Shown here piece after piece: positions 8,601-17,806 of a stretch of DNA of 64,000 nt. The DNA is taken from the NCBI GenBank assembly GCA_964565955.1, contig CAZMHC010000005.1, positions 11,560-75,559 on the forward strand, read 5' to 3'. Under the pieces are notes generated by a model. The model made no database searches. It saw only the letters and a program-made list of their open reading frames with translations, and had not been told where the DNA came from. This stretch comes from an uncultured Terracidiphilus sp. Its GTDB lineage: Bacteria > Acidobacteriota > Terriglobia > Terriglobales > Acidobacteriaceae. The translations under genes were made by a program, and so were the position numbers. Each line of letters opens with the position of its first letter. Position 1 is the first letter of the stretch.

Positions 8601-9754
8601 CCGGCGCCGCCTGACGAAGCCGCGCTTCCTGAGATCAGCCCTTCGGCCAATGCTTCCGCTTTGCGATAGTCGCCCTCGCCGGCCGCGCGCCCGCCGTACC
8701 AGATGCGCTCAAAGCTGCCGGTGAGGGTGGCCAATCCGGGGCGGCGGGGGTCCTCGGCGGCGACCAGCGCCAGATACTCGCGCGGGGTGCGGGCGCGGTC
8801 CGCCGGCCACAGCCGCTTGGATTCGAGGCGCGAGATCGCCGCCCAGTAGACGAAGTGAATCGCCTCGCGCCAGTGCTTGGCCGCGGCGGCCTTGCGCGCG
8901 TCTTCGAGCCACAGTTGCCAGTCGCGGGCGGAAGCGGCCCCGGCCCCTGGCCCGTCGCTCTCCGGCACGAGGCGGATGCGCCAGCGGCGTTCAAGCTGGA
9001 GCAGTCCCCAGGCCAGCCCGACGCAAACCGCCAGAATGAATCCCCAGACGATGGTTTGTCCCACCCAGGCCGCCGTGGCCTTGATCTTCGCGGCGCTCTC
9101 GAAGAGCCGGTTGAGCCAATTGCCTATCTTTTCCAGCAGCGTATCGGTCGGCGAGGGCTCTTCCAGGTTGCGGAAGTCGCGTCCGGCGAGCACCTTCGCC
9201 ATGGTCTCGCGTTCCAGGGCGTACGCCGGAGCGGGCGTGGCCGCGGCTCCGGCCTGGGCCAAGTCGTTGGCCAGCCGAGCCGCCGCGTCTTTCAATAACT
9301 CCGTTGCAGTGCGCTTGAGCGGAAGAATGCTCTGGGCATCGGGATCGTCTTCCGGCGCATTGTCTCGATCATTTTCGGAGTTTTTTGGGCCGGCATTCGC
9401 GGGCGGCTTCTTTGCCGGCTCGACGGTATCCTTTTCCCGCGCCTGGACGAACAGCGCCCTCAGCCAGTCGTAACGAATGCGCCGCCTCTCGGCCTTCGCG
9501 CCTTCGCCGATGGGCACAAGATCGTCCGGCCCCGCCAGCGCCGGATCGCAAGCCTTGGCGTCGCGCGCCTGAGCGCAGGCTTCGACCAGTACGGATAGGT
9601 CTTGCAGGTGCTTGCGGCATTCGTCCATCGAGGCGTCGCGGGCCTGGATGGCAATGGGCGGGGGTGGGGCGGCAATGGGCAGAGCGGCGCGCGCCGGAGC
9701 GGTTATTGAAAGAGACGCGAGTGCAACTCCCGCAAACAGGAAGCATGATTTCAT
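8597..9754 (-). CDS. DUF4129 domain-containing protein (secreted N-terminus, one TM, cytoplasmic DUF4129)
   Basis: Start chosen at ATG 9754 (MKSCFLFAGVALASLSITAPARA signal peptide), which forms an ATGA overlap with the upstream stop. The C-terminus (HWREAIHFVYWAAISRLE...TPREYL...FERIWYGG) matches the DUF4129 pattern. The ORF track extends to 10132, but that part overlaps the upstream gene. Confidence 0.72.
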   Translation of the reverse strand: MKSCFLFAGVALASLSITAPARAALPIAAPPPPIAIQARDASMDECRKHLQDLSVLVEACAQARDAKACDPALAGPDDLVPIGEGAKAERRRIRYDWLRALFVQAREKDTVEPAKKPPANAGPKNSENDRDNAPEDDPDAQSILPLKRTATELLKDAAARLANDLAQAGAAATPAPAYALERETMAKVLAGRDFRNLEEPSPTDTLLEKIGNWLNRLFESAAKIKATAAWVGQTIVWGFILAVCVGLAWGLLQLERRWRIRLVPESDGPGAGAASARDWQLWLEDARKAAAAKHWREAIHFVYWAAISRLESKRLWPADRARTPREYLALVAAEDPRRPGLATLTGSFERIWYGGRAAGEGDYRKAEALAEGLISGSAASSGGAG

Positions 9755-10743
9755 GCGCTCTCTCCGGCAATGAGCGGCGCGACCGACGGCCCGTCCTTGC
9801 GCAGGCGCTGGTCGCGGTAGAGTACGCCCAGGGCGGTGGTGAGGCCCGCGTAAGAGAGCAAGCAGGTAACGGCCAAGATCAGTAGATATCCGAGGACGCC
9901 GAGGCCGATCAGGACGAAGAATGCCGGCGATCCCTGCGTCACGTGCGCCGCCATCGCCGCGAAGAACCCCAGCGCGCCCACCGCGAACAGGACCGCCATC
10001 AATACCATGTTGACCACGTAAGCGATCGCGTAGATCAGCAGCAGAACCAGAAAGATTCGGCCCTTTGCGCCCTGGGTAAGTTGGGCGCTGCGCCGCAGCG
10101 ACTCCCATGCCGGACGCTCCTCGACCACGCATACGGGATAGGCCAGCGAGAAGCGGAGCATGATTACGATGTTATAGACAGTTACCGCGCCGTAGAGCAG
10201 GATAATGAGTGGAACCAGAAAGAGTCCCATGGCGGAATCGCCGGCCGCGAAGTGCAACAGGACCGCAAGCAGGGCGATCGCCAGGACGCACGCCAGCAGC
10301 GGCGCGATCACGTAGAGAGAGCCGAGAAACATCAGCCAGAGATGGCGGCCAAAGCGTCGCCAGGCCACGCCGAACGCCTCGCTCACGGTCGCGGGAAAAC
10401 CAAGATCGGCCCGCGTGACGGCGTAACTCGCCGCTGATATGTAAAGCGCGAAAACCGCTGGAAAAACCAGGTAGCCGATGGCAAAGAGAACCCACCCGAT
10501 AGCGAAAGGGACCATCCGCGGCGGCCCGGTCTCTCCGCGCATCAGCGGGGCGAAGGCGATCAGGAAGAAGGCTGTCGCGGGCAGGAAGACGGCTACGATG
10601 GCCACGGCCGGAACGGCGGCGATGCCCAGAAAAAGCCGGAGGTTGGCGCGCATGAGCTGGATCGTTCGGTCGAGAATCCGGCCGAAGTTCATGGGGACCG
10701 CGGACGCGGGGCCGACTGGGGCGGAATGTGCGGAGGCGTTCAT
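9751..10743 (-). CDS. Multi-pass membrane protein, paralog 3 of 3 (glycerophosphodiester-phosphodiesterase membrane-domain-like family)
   Basis: 330 aa with about 6-7 TM segments. It shares the N-terminal FGRILDRT..L.R.N..LFLGIAA and the central QG.KGRIFL motif with the two upstream genes. Confidence 0.6.
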   Translation of the reverse strand: MNASAHSAPVGPASAVPMNFGRILDRTIQLMRANLRLFLGIAAVPAVAIVAVFLPATAFFLIAFAPLMRGETGPPRMVPFAIGWVLFAIGYLVFPAVFALYISAASYAVTRADLGFPATVSEAFGVAWRRFGRHLWLMFLGSLYVIAPLLACVLAIALLAVLLHFAAGDSAMGLFLVPLIILLYGAVTVYNIVIMLRFSLAYPVCVVEERPAWESLRRSAQLTQGAKGRIFLVLLLIYAIAYVVNMVLMAVLFAVGALGFFAAMAAHVTQGSPAFFVLIGLGVLGYLLILAVTCLLSYAGLTTALGVLYRDQRLRKDGPSVAPLIAGESA

Positions 10744-11771
10744 TGGGATTCCTCGTGGGCGGCTTGCGAAGGCTGGTTTGCTGGCGCGGTTTCCCCAACT
10801 GGCGGTGGAGGCGCGACCAGTCCGGCCCGCTGCATCATCCTCTCGATATCGTACCCCTCCAGGCGTATGCGCTGATCGTAGTAGAAGAGGGTCAGCGCGA
10901 TGCCGTAGACCGGACGGGTAAGCGTCTGCACGGCAAAGCCGCCGCCGTAGAGGACGATCATAAGAACGGTCGAGAGGGTTTGAGAAGACTCAGGTTTGTT
11001 TGCACCGATGAGTAGCGCCACGAGAATCGTCAAGGGCAGGGTAATGGCCATTGAAAGCAGCGAGTTGAGCGCCGCCACCAGCAGATACATCAGAAAGATG
11101 CGTCCGCGCGTTCCTTTGCTGAGCGAGACGCTCCTTTTGAGCGCGGTCGTCGCGCCCATCCTCTCAACCACGCAAGCCGGGAAGGCCAGCGAGAGCCGCA
11201 GCAGCATCCATAAGCCGTAGGCAACGAGGGCGACGACGACCAGAATCGCCGCCACGCCGAAGAGCGCATCGTCGGGCGCGCCCGCGCCGGCTCTCTTCGC
11301 CAGCGCGATGAGGGCGGCGGAGAGGATCAAGAGCGCAAAGAAGACGGCGAAGGGCGCGATCCAGGCAATCAGGGCTTGCAGAAGGTAGAGCCAGATGTAG
11401 CGCCAACCACGCTTCCAAGCCTCGGCGAAACAGCCGCGAATGGAGATCGCTTCCGCCTCGAAGGAGTGGGCCGCCGCATGGCTCATGGCGGCCGTGCCCA
11501 GCGCCACGGCCGCCAGGAAAATCGGCAGGGCCACTAGAACCAGGAGAACTAACACCATCACCGCAACGGCATCGGTCAGTGCCGGATAGCCCAGGCGAGG
11601 GCCTGCGGCGCCTGCCCCGGCAACCAACAAGGCAATCCCGGCCGCGAAGACCAGAGCCACACCTGCCGGAAGCGCTGCGATGCCTAGAAAGACAAGGAAG
11701 CGCGAGCGGTAGATATGCGCGGCGCGGTCCAGGATTTCGCCGAAGGTGGAAGGGCGCGGCGGCTCGCTCAT
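10740..11771 (-). CDS. Multi-pass membrane protein, paralog 2 of 3
   Basis: 343 aa. Shared motifs are FGEILDRAAHIYRSRF, SKGTRGRIFL and a C-terminal YYDQRIRLEGYDIERMMQ. ATGA overlaps at both ends. Confidence 0.6.
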   Translation of the reverse strand: MSEPPRPSTFGEILDRAAHIYRSRFLVFLGIAALPAGVALVFAAGIALLVAGAGAAGPRLGYPALTDAVAVMVLVLLVLVALPIFLAAVALGTAAMSHAAAHSFEAEAISIRGCFAEAWKRGWRYIWLYLLQALIAWIAPFAVFFALLILSAALIALAKRAGAGAPDDALFGVAAILVVVALVAYGLWMLLRLSLAFPACVVERMGATTALKRSVSLSKGTRGRIFLMYLLVAALNSLLSMAITLPLTILVALLIGANKPESSQTLSTVLMIVLYGGGFAVQTLTRPVYGIALTLFYYDQRIRLEGYDIERMMQRAGLVAPPPPVGETAPANQPSQAAHEESQ

Positions 11772-12781
11772 GCGGGCTTCCCCGCGGCGTCATCGGCGGC
11801 CGGTTCGGCAGTCTCTGAGAGCGACTGCAGCGCGGGCGGCGTGAGTCCGGCGGCCTGCATCATCCACTCGATGTCGTAACCCTCCTTGCGCACCCGCTGG
11901 TCGTAGTAGAGGAGGGTAAGTCCGGTGGCCAGGATGGGGCCGAGGAAGGTATTGGTGAAAAAGGCGACGATCTGCGAGAGAGCCGTGATTCCCGGTCCGA
12001 GGGGCTGGCCGGGGTGCTTGAAGGCCGCCACAAAAACGAACGCCTGGGAGATCATAACCAGTCCGGTCCTGATGGCGACGATCAAGAGCGCGAGAAGGAA
12101 GATGCGCCCCCGCGCTCCTTTACTCAGTTCGATGCCGCGCCGCAGCGCCGGGCGGGCTTTCAGGTCTTCCACCACGGCGGCGGGCATGGCGAGGGCATAA
12201 CGCAAGCCCATCAGTATGGTGTAAACGCCGGCCGGAATCATGAGCAGAACGAAGATCAGCGAAGCGACGCCGAAGATGGCCATGGTGCGCGGATTGGAGA
12301 GGGCTGCCTGCTGCGCGGCCGGGTCGGTTGCGAAGCCTTTGACGTAGTAAGCCATGATTCCGAAATATCCGCCGTAGAGCGCCGCAACCGGGGTGAGGAC
12401 GATCAAAGCGACGATGGTCATGAGCCACAGATAACGTCCCAGGCGCGGCAGGATGCTGGCGTATGCGCTGCGAATGGTGGCCGGCTTGCCGAGATGAACC
12501 CAGGCCACGGCGCGGCTGATGGCGGCCACGGCCGCTCCATAGAGGAGCAAAAGGATGAGCACCTCGACAGCCCCCGCGGCCATTGCGATCCATATCGCCG
12601 AAGCGGCCATGCGCGGCGCTTTCAGCGATGTTTGCAGGCCGAGCAGCAGGAGATTCAGCGCCAGGGCCACGCCGGCGTAGACTGAAAAGATTCCGGCAAA
12701 GAGCCAAAAGCGTTCCCGGTAAAGTTGGGCGGTGCGATCCAGTATCTCGCCTAGAGCGAGCGGGCGAAGGTTGGTTTGCAT
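11768..12781 (-). CDS. Multi-pass membrane protein, paralog 1 of 3
   Basis: 337 aa. Shared motifs are LGEILDRTAQLYRERF, SKGARGRIFL and a C-terminal YYDQRVRKEGYDIEWMMQ. Confidence 0.6.
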   Translation of the reverse strand: MQTNLRPLALGEILDRTAQLYRERFWLFAGIFSVYAGVALALNLLLLGLQTSLKAPRMAASAIWIAMAAGAVEVLILLLLYGAAVAAISRAVAWVHLGKPATIRSAYASILPRLGRYLWLMTIVALIVLTPVAALYGGYFGIMAYYVKGFATDPAAQQAALSNPRTMAIFGVASLIFVLLMIPAGVYTILMGLRYALAMPAAVVEDLKARPALRRGIELSKGARGRIFLLALLIVAIRTGLVMISQAFVFVAAFKHPGQPLGPGITALSQIVAFFTNTFLGPILATGLTLLYYDQRVRKEGYDIEWMMQAAGLTPPALQSLSETAEPAADDAAGKPA

Positions 12782-12927
12782 ACGGGCTTCCTCGCAAAGG
12801 TCCGTTATTTGCTTGCCCGGATACTAGCATAGCCGCTGGAGCGCACGCTCTCGGCCCAGGCGCGGAGGGAGAACGACAAAAGATTAACTCCCGCCGCGTC
12901 TTTGCGATAGACTGGAATCCCGCACAT

Positions 12928-13566
12928 ATGGTTGAAATCGAAGTATCTGTAAACGATCTCGCCAAAGCCTGCGCCCGTTCCTCCGATGCCGCGGAATGGG
13001 GCGAGTTGATGCGCCGGTGCGCTCCCTTGACGGCCATGGTGGTGGGGCGAGTGGTCCGGTTATGGATGAGCGGATCGTCGCCGGCCGTGGTGGACGACAT
13101 TGTGCAGGAGGTCTTTCTGAAGCTCTGCGACCAGGAGCGGCGCATACTGCGCGAATTCGAGCCTCGCGGCGAGGATTCCTTCCTCGGCCTACTGCGCACT
13201 ATCTCGGTCTCGGTGGCCAACGACCACTTTCGCCGTCGCAGCTCGGCCAAGAGGGGGGGCAACGTGGTCACCATGTCCATAGCCGAGGATTCTCCGAGCG
13301 GCAAGGCGGACGGCGCAATCCAGACGGAGAATATGCAGCAGTCGGTGTTGATTGCGCAATTGGACAAGAAGCTGCGTTCGGCACCGGAGACGATCAGCGG
13401 GCGCGATCGGGATCTCTTTTGGCTCTATTATTTGCAAGGACTTACAGCCGAGGAGATTGCCCGCGTACCCAAAGTGGGGCTGACCGCCAAGGGAGTCGAG
13501 AGCGCCCTGCGCCGTGTGGCAAGCTGGCTGCGCACGGAGGTGAAGAAACGAGGTCCAGAACGCTAA
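12928..13566 (+). CDS. ECF-type RNA polymerase sigma-70 factor
   Basis: ATG at 12928. Region 2 reads DDIVQEVFLKL. Region 4 HTH reads LYYLQGLTAEEIARVPKVGLTAKGVESALRR. The track ORF starts at 12583, inside the divergent gene. Confidence 0.85.
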   Translation: MVEIEVSVNDLAKACARSSDAAEWGELMRRCAPLTAMVVGRVVRLWMSGSSPAVVDDIVQEVFLKLCDQERRILREFEPRGEDSFLGLLRTISVSVANDHFRRRSSAKRGGNVVTMSIAEDSPSGKADGAIQTENMQQSVLIAQLDKKLRSAPETISGRDRDLFWLYYLQGLTAEEIARVPKVGLTAKGVESALRRVASWLRTEVKKRGPER

Positions 13567-13642
13567 TTTTCGCCAAAGCCGGCCGCGAAATCTTATCGAA
13601 AAGGAATTATCCCCGCATTTGCGGTAAATAGAGTGAACAGCC

Positions 13643-14746
13643 ATGAGAGACGAATTCAATCCGAGCAGGTCTTCGGACTCGACCGAAGACGGAGCCGAAG
13701 AAGCTCTGGAAAGAGCATTGGAGGCGCTGATCGCGGGGCTAGCGCCCAGCGCAGAGGACGCCCTCGCGGAGTTGGCAGGCGGGGCGCATTCGAGCGGGGA
13801 GAGAGATTGTCCTCAGCCGGACGCTTGGACCCGGCTGGCAAGCGGAGAAGCGCCTGGGGCGGAAGTGGACGCATTGCTCTCCCATGCGGCGCATTGCCGC
13901 GGCTGCTCCTCGCGATTGCGGATGAGTCTGGATCTGTTTTCCACGGAAGCCTCGCCTGAAGAGCTTGAGCAAATCGGCAATCTGCAGTCGGTCACTGCGG
14001 ATTGGCAGCGCGAACTTGCGGTCAAGCTGGCCGGCACTCCGATCGCAGTCCGAAGCGGCAAGATTGCCAAGATGCTGCTGTGGCCCGGGGCCGGATTGGC
14101 GGCCACGGTGCTTCTCACCTCCGGTTTGACTTTGTGGTGGCAGCATCTGCATACCCCGGAGCGGCTGCTGGCCGAGGCCTATACCCATTCTCGCGGCTTC
14201 GATCTGCGCATTCCTGGGGCGGGTTTTGCCGCGGTTGCCCCGCAAGATCATCTCCGCGGCGGCTCGGCGCTTCATGAATCCTCCGAAGTTCTGAAGGCTC
14301 GCGCCGGCATCGAAGACCGGCTTCGCAGCGCGCCGGGCGATCCGCACTGGCTCCAACTCGAGGCCAGAGCCGACATACTGGAAGAGAAATACGATCCGGC
14401 CATCGGGATACTGGATCGCTTGCTGGCTTCGGGTCCGGCCACGCCCAGCCTGCTGGTCGACGACGCCACCGCCTACTTCGAGCGCGGAAGCTGCTCGGGC
14501 AGCGGGGAAGATCGCGCCACGGCTCTCGATCGCCTGCGCCGCGCCGACGAACTGGCTCCGGGCGACTCGGTAGTCCTCTTCAATGAAGCGGTCATCATGG
14601 AGGATTGCGGCCAGGCCATGAACGCGGTGGAAACCTGGAACCGCTACCTGCACTTCGAGCGCGACCCGCGCTGGCAGGCCGAAGGCCGCAGCCGTCTTCA
14701 GGCGCTGGAAGAAAAGCTGAATCAGTTGAAGCCCCGCGCCAACTGA
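13643..14746 (+). CDS. Anti-sigma factor (zf-HC2) with TM helix and periplasmic TPR-like domain
   Basis: It lies directly downstream of the ECF sigma gene. The H-x3-C-x2-C motif is HAAHCRGC. The TM helix is MLLWPGAGLAATVLLTSGLTLWW. The C-terminal repeats are helical. Confidence 0.75.
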   Translation: MRDEFNPSRSSDSTEDGAEEALERALEALIAGLAPSAEDALAELAGGAHSSGERDCPQPDAWTRLASGEAPGAEVDALLSHAAHCRGCSSRLRMSLDLFSTEASPEELEQIGNLQSVTADWQRELAVKLAGTPIAVRSGKIAKMLLWPGAGLAATVLLTSGLTLWWQHLHTPERLLAEAYTHSRGFDLRIPGAGFAAVAPQDHLRGGSALHESSEVLKARAGIEDRLRSAPGDPHWLQLEARADILEEKYDPAIGILDRLLASGPATPSLLVDDATAYFERGSCSGSGEDRATALDRLRRADELAPGDSVVLFNEAVIMEDCGQAMNAVETWNRYLHFERDPRWQAEGRSRLQALEEKLNQLKPRAN

Positions 14747-14824
14747 AACTAGGCGCGGCCGACAAGGTTTTGCAGTCAGGGAGAAGCTCTTCGTCCCATT
14801 GGTCGCTGGAAACCCCGTTTTGCC

Positions 14825-15121
14825 ATGGCAGTTGCACAACTGACCCTCGAAGTTCGCATCGAGCACGCCCGGTCGCTCAAGGACCGTCGGCAGGTGGTGC
14901 GTTCGCTGAAGGATCAGCTTCGCCAGGGCTTCAACGTCTCCGTTGCCGAACTGGACGAGGCGGTTACCTGGCAATCGGCGACCATCGGCGTGGCGGCCAT
15001 CTCCGGCTCCCGCGATTACCTGCGTGGGCAGATCGAAGAAGTGGAACGCGCCGCTCGCCGCATGGTCAACGAGCTGGGCGCGGAGTTGGCCGATTCCTTT
15101 TGGGAGTACATCGAGAGTTAA
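14825..15121 (+). CDS. DUF503 family protein (YlxP-like)
   Basis: 98 aa. MAVAQLTLEVRIEHARSLKDRRQVVRSLKDQL is the characteristic DUF503 N-terminus. Confidence 0.8.
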   Translation: MAVAQLTLEVRIEHARSLKDRRQVVRSLKDQLRQGFNVSVAELDEAVTWQSATIGVAAISGSRDYLRGQIEEVERAARRMVNELGAELADSFWEYIES

Positions 15122-15591
15122 GTCGCCTCACTCGCCTGACATCGATCCGGTAGAAGAGGCATGGTCGAAGCGCGAAGGACTCTCCGTTCCGCCAAGGTCG
15201 GAAGCCAAAAAAGTTCGCCGCTACCGTGCATCCAACTCGAACGCGGCGGGGTAGGCGGCGGCCGAGTTAGTTGGACGCGAGGTGGAGTTATACCTCGAAG
15301 AAGAACCGAAGGTCGATGTGGACGGAATGGAAGGGCAGTCGGCGGAGAACAACAGATATGCGGCTGTCGTTCCGCGCGGTTGCCGCGCGAGCGACCAAAT
15401 TGGGGCAGTGGCATACGTCAAGAGCATATGCTCGCGGAGAACTTCATCTGCCAAGGGGAAACTCCTTTTGGTTCAACCTAACACGAAGTGTATCCATTGC
15501 GGATCGGTTCGGCAAGAAAACGATCTCGATCTTTGCGGATGAAGCAATGACCGAGACTTCCTGTCAAGGGTCCGTTTTCCACCTCGAAATC

Positions 15592-15667
15592 TGGAGCGCC
15601 GGGCGGGAATTGAACCCGCGAATACAGGTTTTGCAGACCTGCGCGTTGACCGCTTCGCCACCGGCGC
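15592..15667 (-). tRNA. tRNA-Cys (anticodon GCA)
   Basis: The reverse complement folds as a cloverleaf. Acceptor stem is GCGCCGG/CCGGCGC. Anticodon stem is CAGGT/ACCTG with loop CTGCAAA. T arm is GCGGG-TTCAATT-CCCGC. The U73 discriminator is typical of tRNA-Cys, and CCA is encoded. Confidence 0.9.
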
Positions 15668-15684
15668 CTATAAGAAACCGATCT

Positions 15685-16005
15685 CTAGTACTTCCGGACG
15701 CTCCGGTCCACGCGATCCGACCAGGCGTGAATTCCGCCGGTCAGATTCCAGACGTGGGCAAAGCCGGCGTCATGCAGAACCTGGGCCGCCTTTTTGCCTC
15801 TCGGTCCCATCTTGCACACCGTTACGATGTTGAGGTTGGCATCGAGTTCCTTGACGCGCTTCGGCAGTTCAGGGAGGGGAATCAACTGCCCGCCGATATT
15901 GGAGATTTCGTACTCGGACTCGTCGCGCACATCGAGCAGGAATAGATTCTCGCCCGCATCCAGCCGCTGTTTCAGTTCTTCGACCCGAATTTCTTGAACG
16001 TTCAT
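15685..16005 (-). CDS. Rhodanese-like domain protein (single-domain sulfurtransferase)
   Basis: ATG at 16005. The sequence LLDVRDESEY...VTVCKMGPRGKKAAQVL...NLTGGIHAW includes the active-site Cys loop CKMGPRG. Confidence 0.85.
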   Translation of the reverse strand: MNVQEIRVEELKQRLDAGENLFLLDVRDESEYEISNIGGQLIPLPELPKRVKELDANLNIVTVCKMGPRGKKAAQVLHDAGFAHVWNLTGGIHAWSDRVDRSVRKY

Positions 16006-16221
16006 CGTTTCCCTGACCTGAGGCTTCTCTTTACGAGCAGGCCCCAATTTCAACCCAAAAACAGAAAACCCACCTGCCAGTTCGATCTCCGGCGGTGGGT
16101 CCAAACGAGGCGGCGGCTTGTAACTTGCTCTAGCCCATCCACTTCCTCACGCCGGAATGCTTTTGCGCACAGCACATCGCTGGACAACAACACATTGCGG
16201 CGGTCATGGACGTGAATTCTT

Positions 16222-17691
16222 TCACGGATTGAATGTAGCACAGGCAGCGGCGGAGCGCAAGCCGATTTTTTTGAAACGCCGAAATCCGGTGCTGAGTTGG
16301 CCGTTCAGGCGCGGAGGGACAGGGAATCTCAAGCCCGGCGAGGGTGTTTTTCGCGGCTGCGAATTCGACCGAGTCGTCAGGCCTCCCATCAGCAGAAGAT
16401 AGGGCAGAATCATCGCGCCATTGAGCAGATTGTCGAAGGCGAGCATGAGTATGACCGCCGCCAACGCCTGACGGATATCCGACTCGCCATGGTTGCCGTC
16501 CGAAGAAGACCAGGCTGCGCTGACGACGGGCAGAAACAAGATGGCCCCGAGCGCCAGCAGGCCAACCAGCCCATACATTCCAAGCGCCAGCAGCCACAGA
16601 CTCCAGGGCCGGAATTCGCCGCTTTGCCACCAATTCCATTGGCCGGAACCGAGGAGCGGGTAACGAAGCGCCAGCCTCATATCGCTCTCCTCGCGAGCCA
16701 ACCGCCAGGCGAGCGAATGCCGCCCCATTTTTGTCAGGGCGGTGAAGATGGAATGAGCCGCTCGATCGTTTTGCGCGAGGGCGCGCAGAGAAGTGCGGTC
16801 CATCATCTGGAACAACGCAAAGGCTACGATGCCGAGAACCAGGATGCCCACCGATGCGCGGAGGAAGACGCGGCGCCTGAGCAGGGCCAGCGGCAGCAGG
16901 AGCGCCAGCAGGAGAAGACTGCCGATCGACTGGCAGAGCAGCGTGGTGGCGGCTAACCCGGCCGCGCCCCATGCCGAGGGCAAGCCGAGGATGCGCGACG
17001 CGGAGCGGCGGACGGCGAGGAATATGGCAATAAGGGTGGCGGCCGCCATCCAAATGCCGAGTTGATTTCCGTCTTCGAGCAAACCGACGGGGCGAAAGCC
17101 GATGTACCGCTCGGCGCCCACCCAGCGGTACGGCTGATAGCCATAGATGAATGCGTAGAGATGCGGCCCGGCGCAAATTTCCGCGAGACAGATAGGCAGA
17201 TAGCAGACTGCGGCGACAACGAAGGCCTTGGCGGCCAGAAGCAGCGAATCGCTCTGGGAGAAGTAAATGCGTCCCAGCACCCAGGGCACACCCCAGGCGA
17301 CGGTCTGGTATGCGGCGCCCAAAAGTCCCTGCCGAAGCGTACTCCAATGCGTGGCCGCGGACAGAAGAGGGACAGCGCACCACAGAGCCATGGGGATGTC
17401 GCGGAGGCCGGGCCGGAATTTCTTCAAGTCGGCGGAGTGAAAGAAGATCGCTCCGGCCAGAGCGGCCAGGCCGATAACAGCGGCTTTGGTGAGAAGATAG
17501 TTGGTGGGGAGACAAACGCCGAGAATCCAATAGGGAAACCCGTCGGCTGAAGGCGCGTAGTTGGCGCCCGGCAGCACGGCCCATCCGCCGAGGAAATTGG
17601 CGAGAATCGCAATTCGCGCGGGATAGCGGCGGAAGAGATAGAAGCCAAGCGGAATCCAGCCGATGAGGGCGGCTATTGGGGGCAGTTGCAT
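16222..17691 (-). CDS. O-antigen ligase/polymerase (Wzy_C)-like multi-pass membrane protein
   Basis: About 490 aa from ATG 17691, with at least 10 predicted TM segments and a large loop. It resembles O-antigen-ligase-family proteins found at EPS loci. The family call rests on overall pattern only. Confidence 0.55.
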   Translation of the reverse strand: MQLPPIAALIGWIPLGFYLFRRYPARIAILANFLGGWAVLPGANYAPSADGFPYWILGVCLPTNYLLTKAAVIGLAALAGAIFFHSADLKKFRPGLRDIPMALWCAVPLLSAATHWSTLRQGLLGAAYQTVAWGVPWVLGRIYFSQSDSLLLAAKAFVVAAVCYLPICLAEICAGPHLYAFIYGYQPYRWVGAERYIGFRPVGLLEDGNQLGIWMAAATLIAIFLAVRRSASRILGLPSAWGAAGLAATTLLCQSIGSLLLLALLLPLALLRRRVFLRASVGILVLGIVAFALFQMMDRTSLRALAQNDRAAHSIFTALTKMGRHSLAWRLAREESDMRLALRYPLLGSGQWNWWQSGEFRPWSLWLLALGMYGLVGLLALGAILFLPVVSAAWSSSDGNHGESDIRQALAAVILMLAFDNLLNGAMILPYLLLMGGLTTRSNSQPRKTPSPGLRFPVPPRLNGQLSTGFRRFKKIGLRSAAACATFNP

Positions 17692-17806
17692 ATTTTTCCC
17701 TCGGCTCTTTCCTCGTCGGTTTCTCCATTGGGCCTGGATAATGAACGACAGCCAGGATAAACGAAGCCCGCGGCCATCATAACAGTCGCAACTCGCGGAC
17801 GGGGAG

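Noticed and set aside
15282-15542. 86-aa ORF with a CIHCG motif next to tRNA-Cys
   Set aside because: It has no RBS, atypical codon usage and no recognisable family. It is kept only as a note under the tRNA-flank finding.
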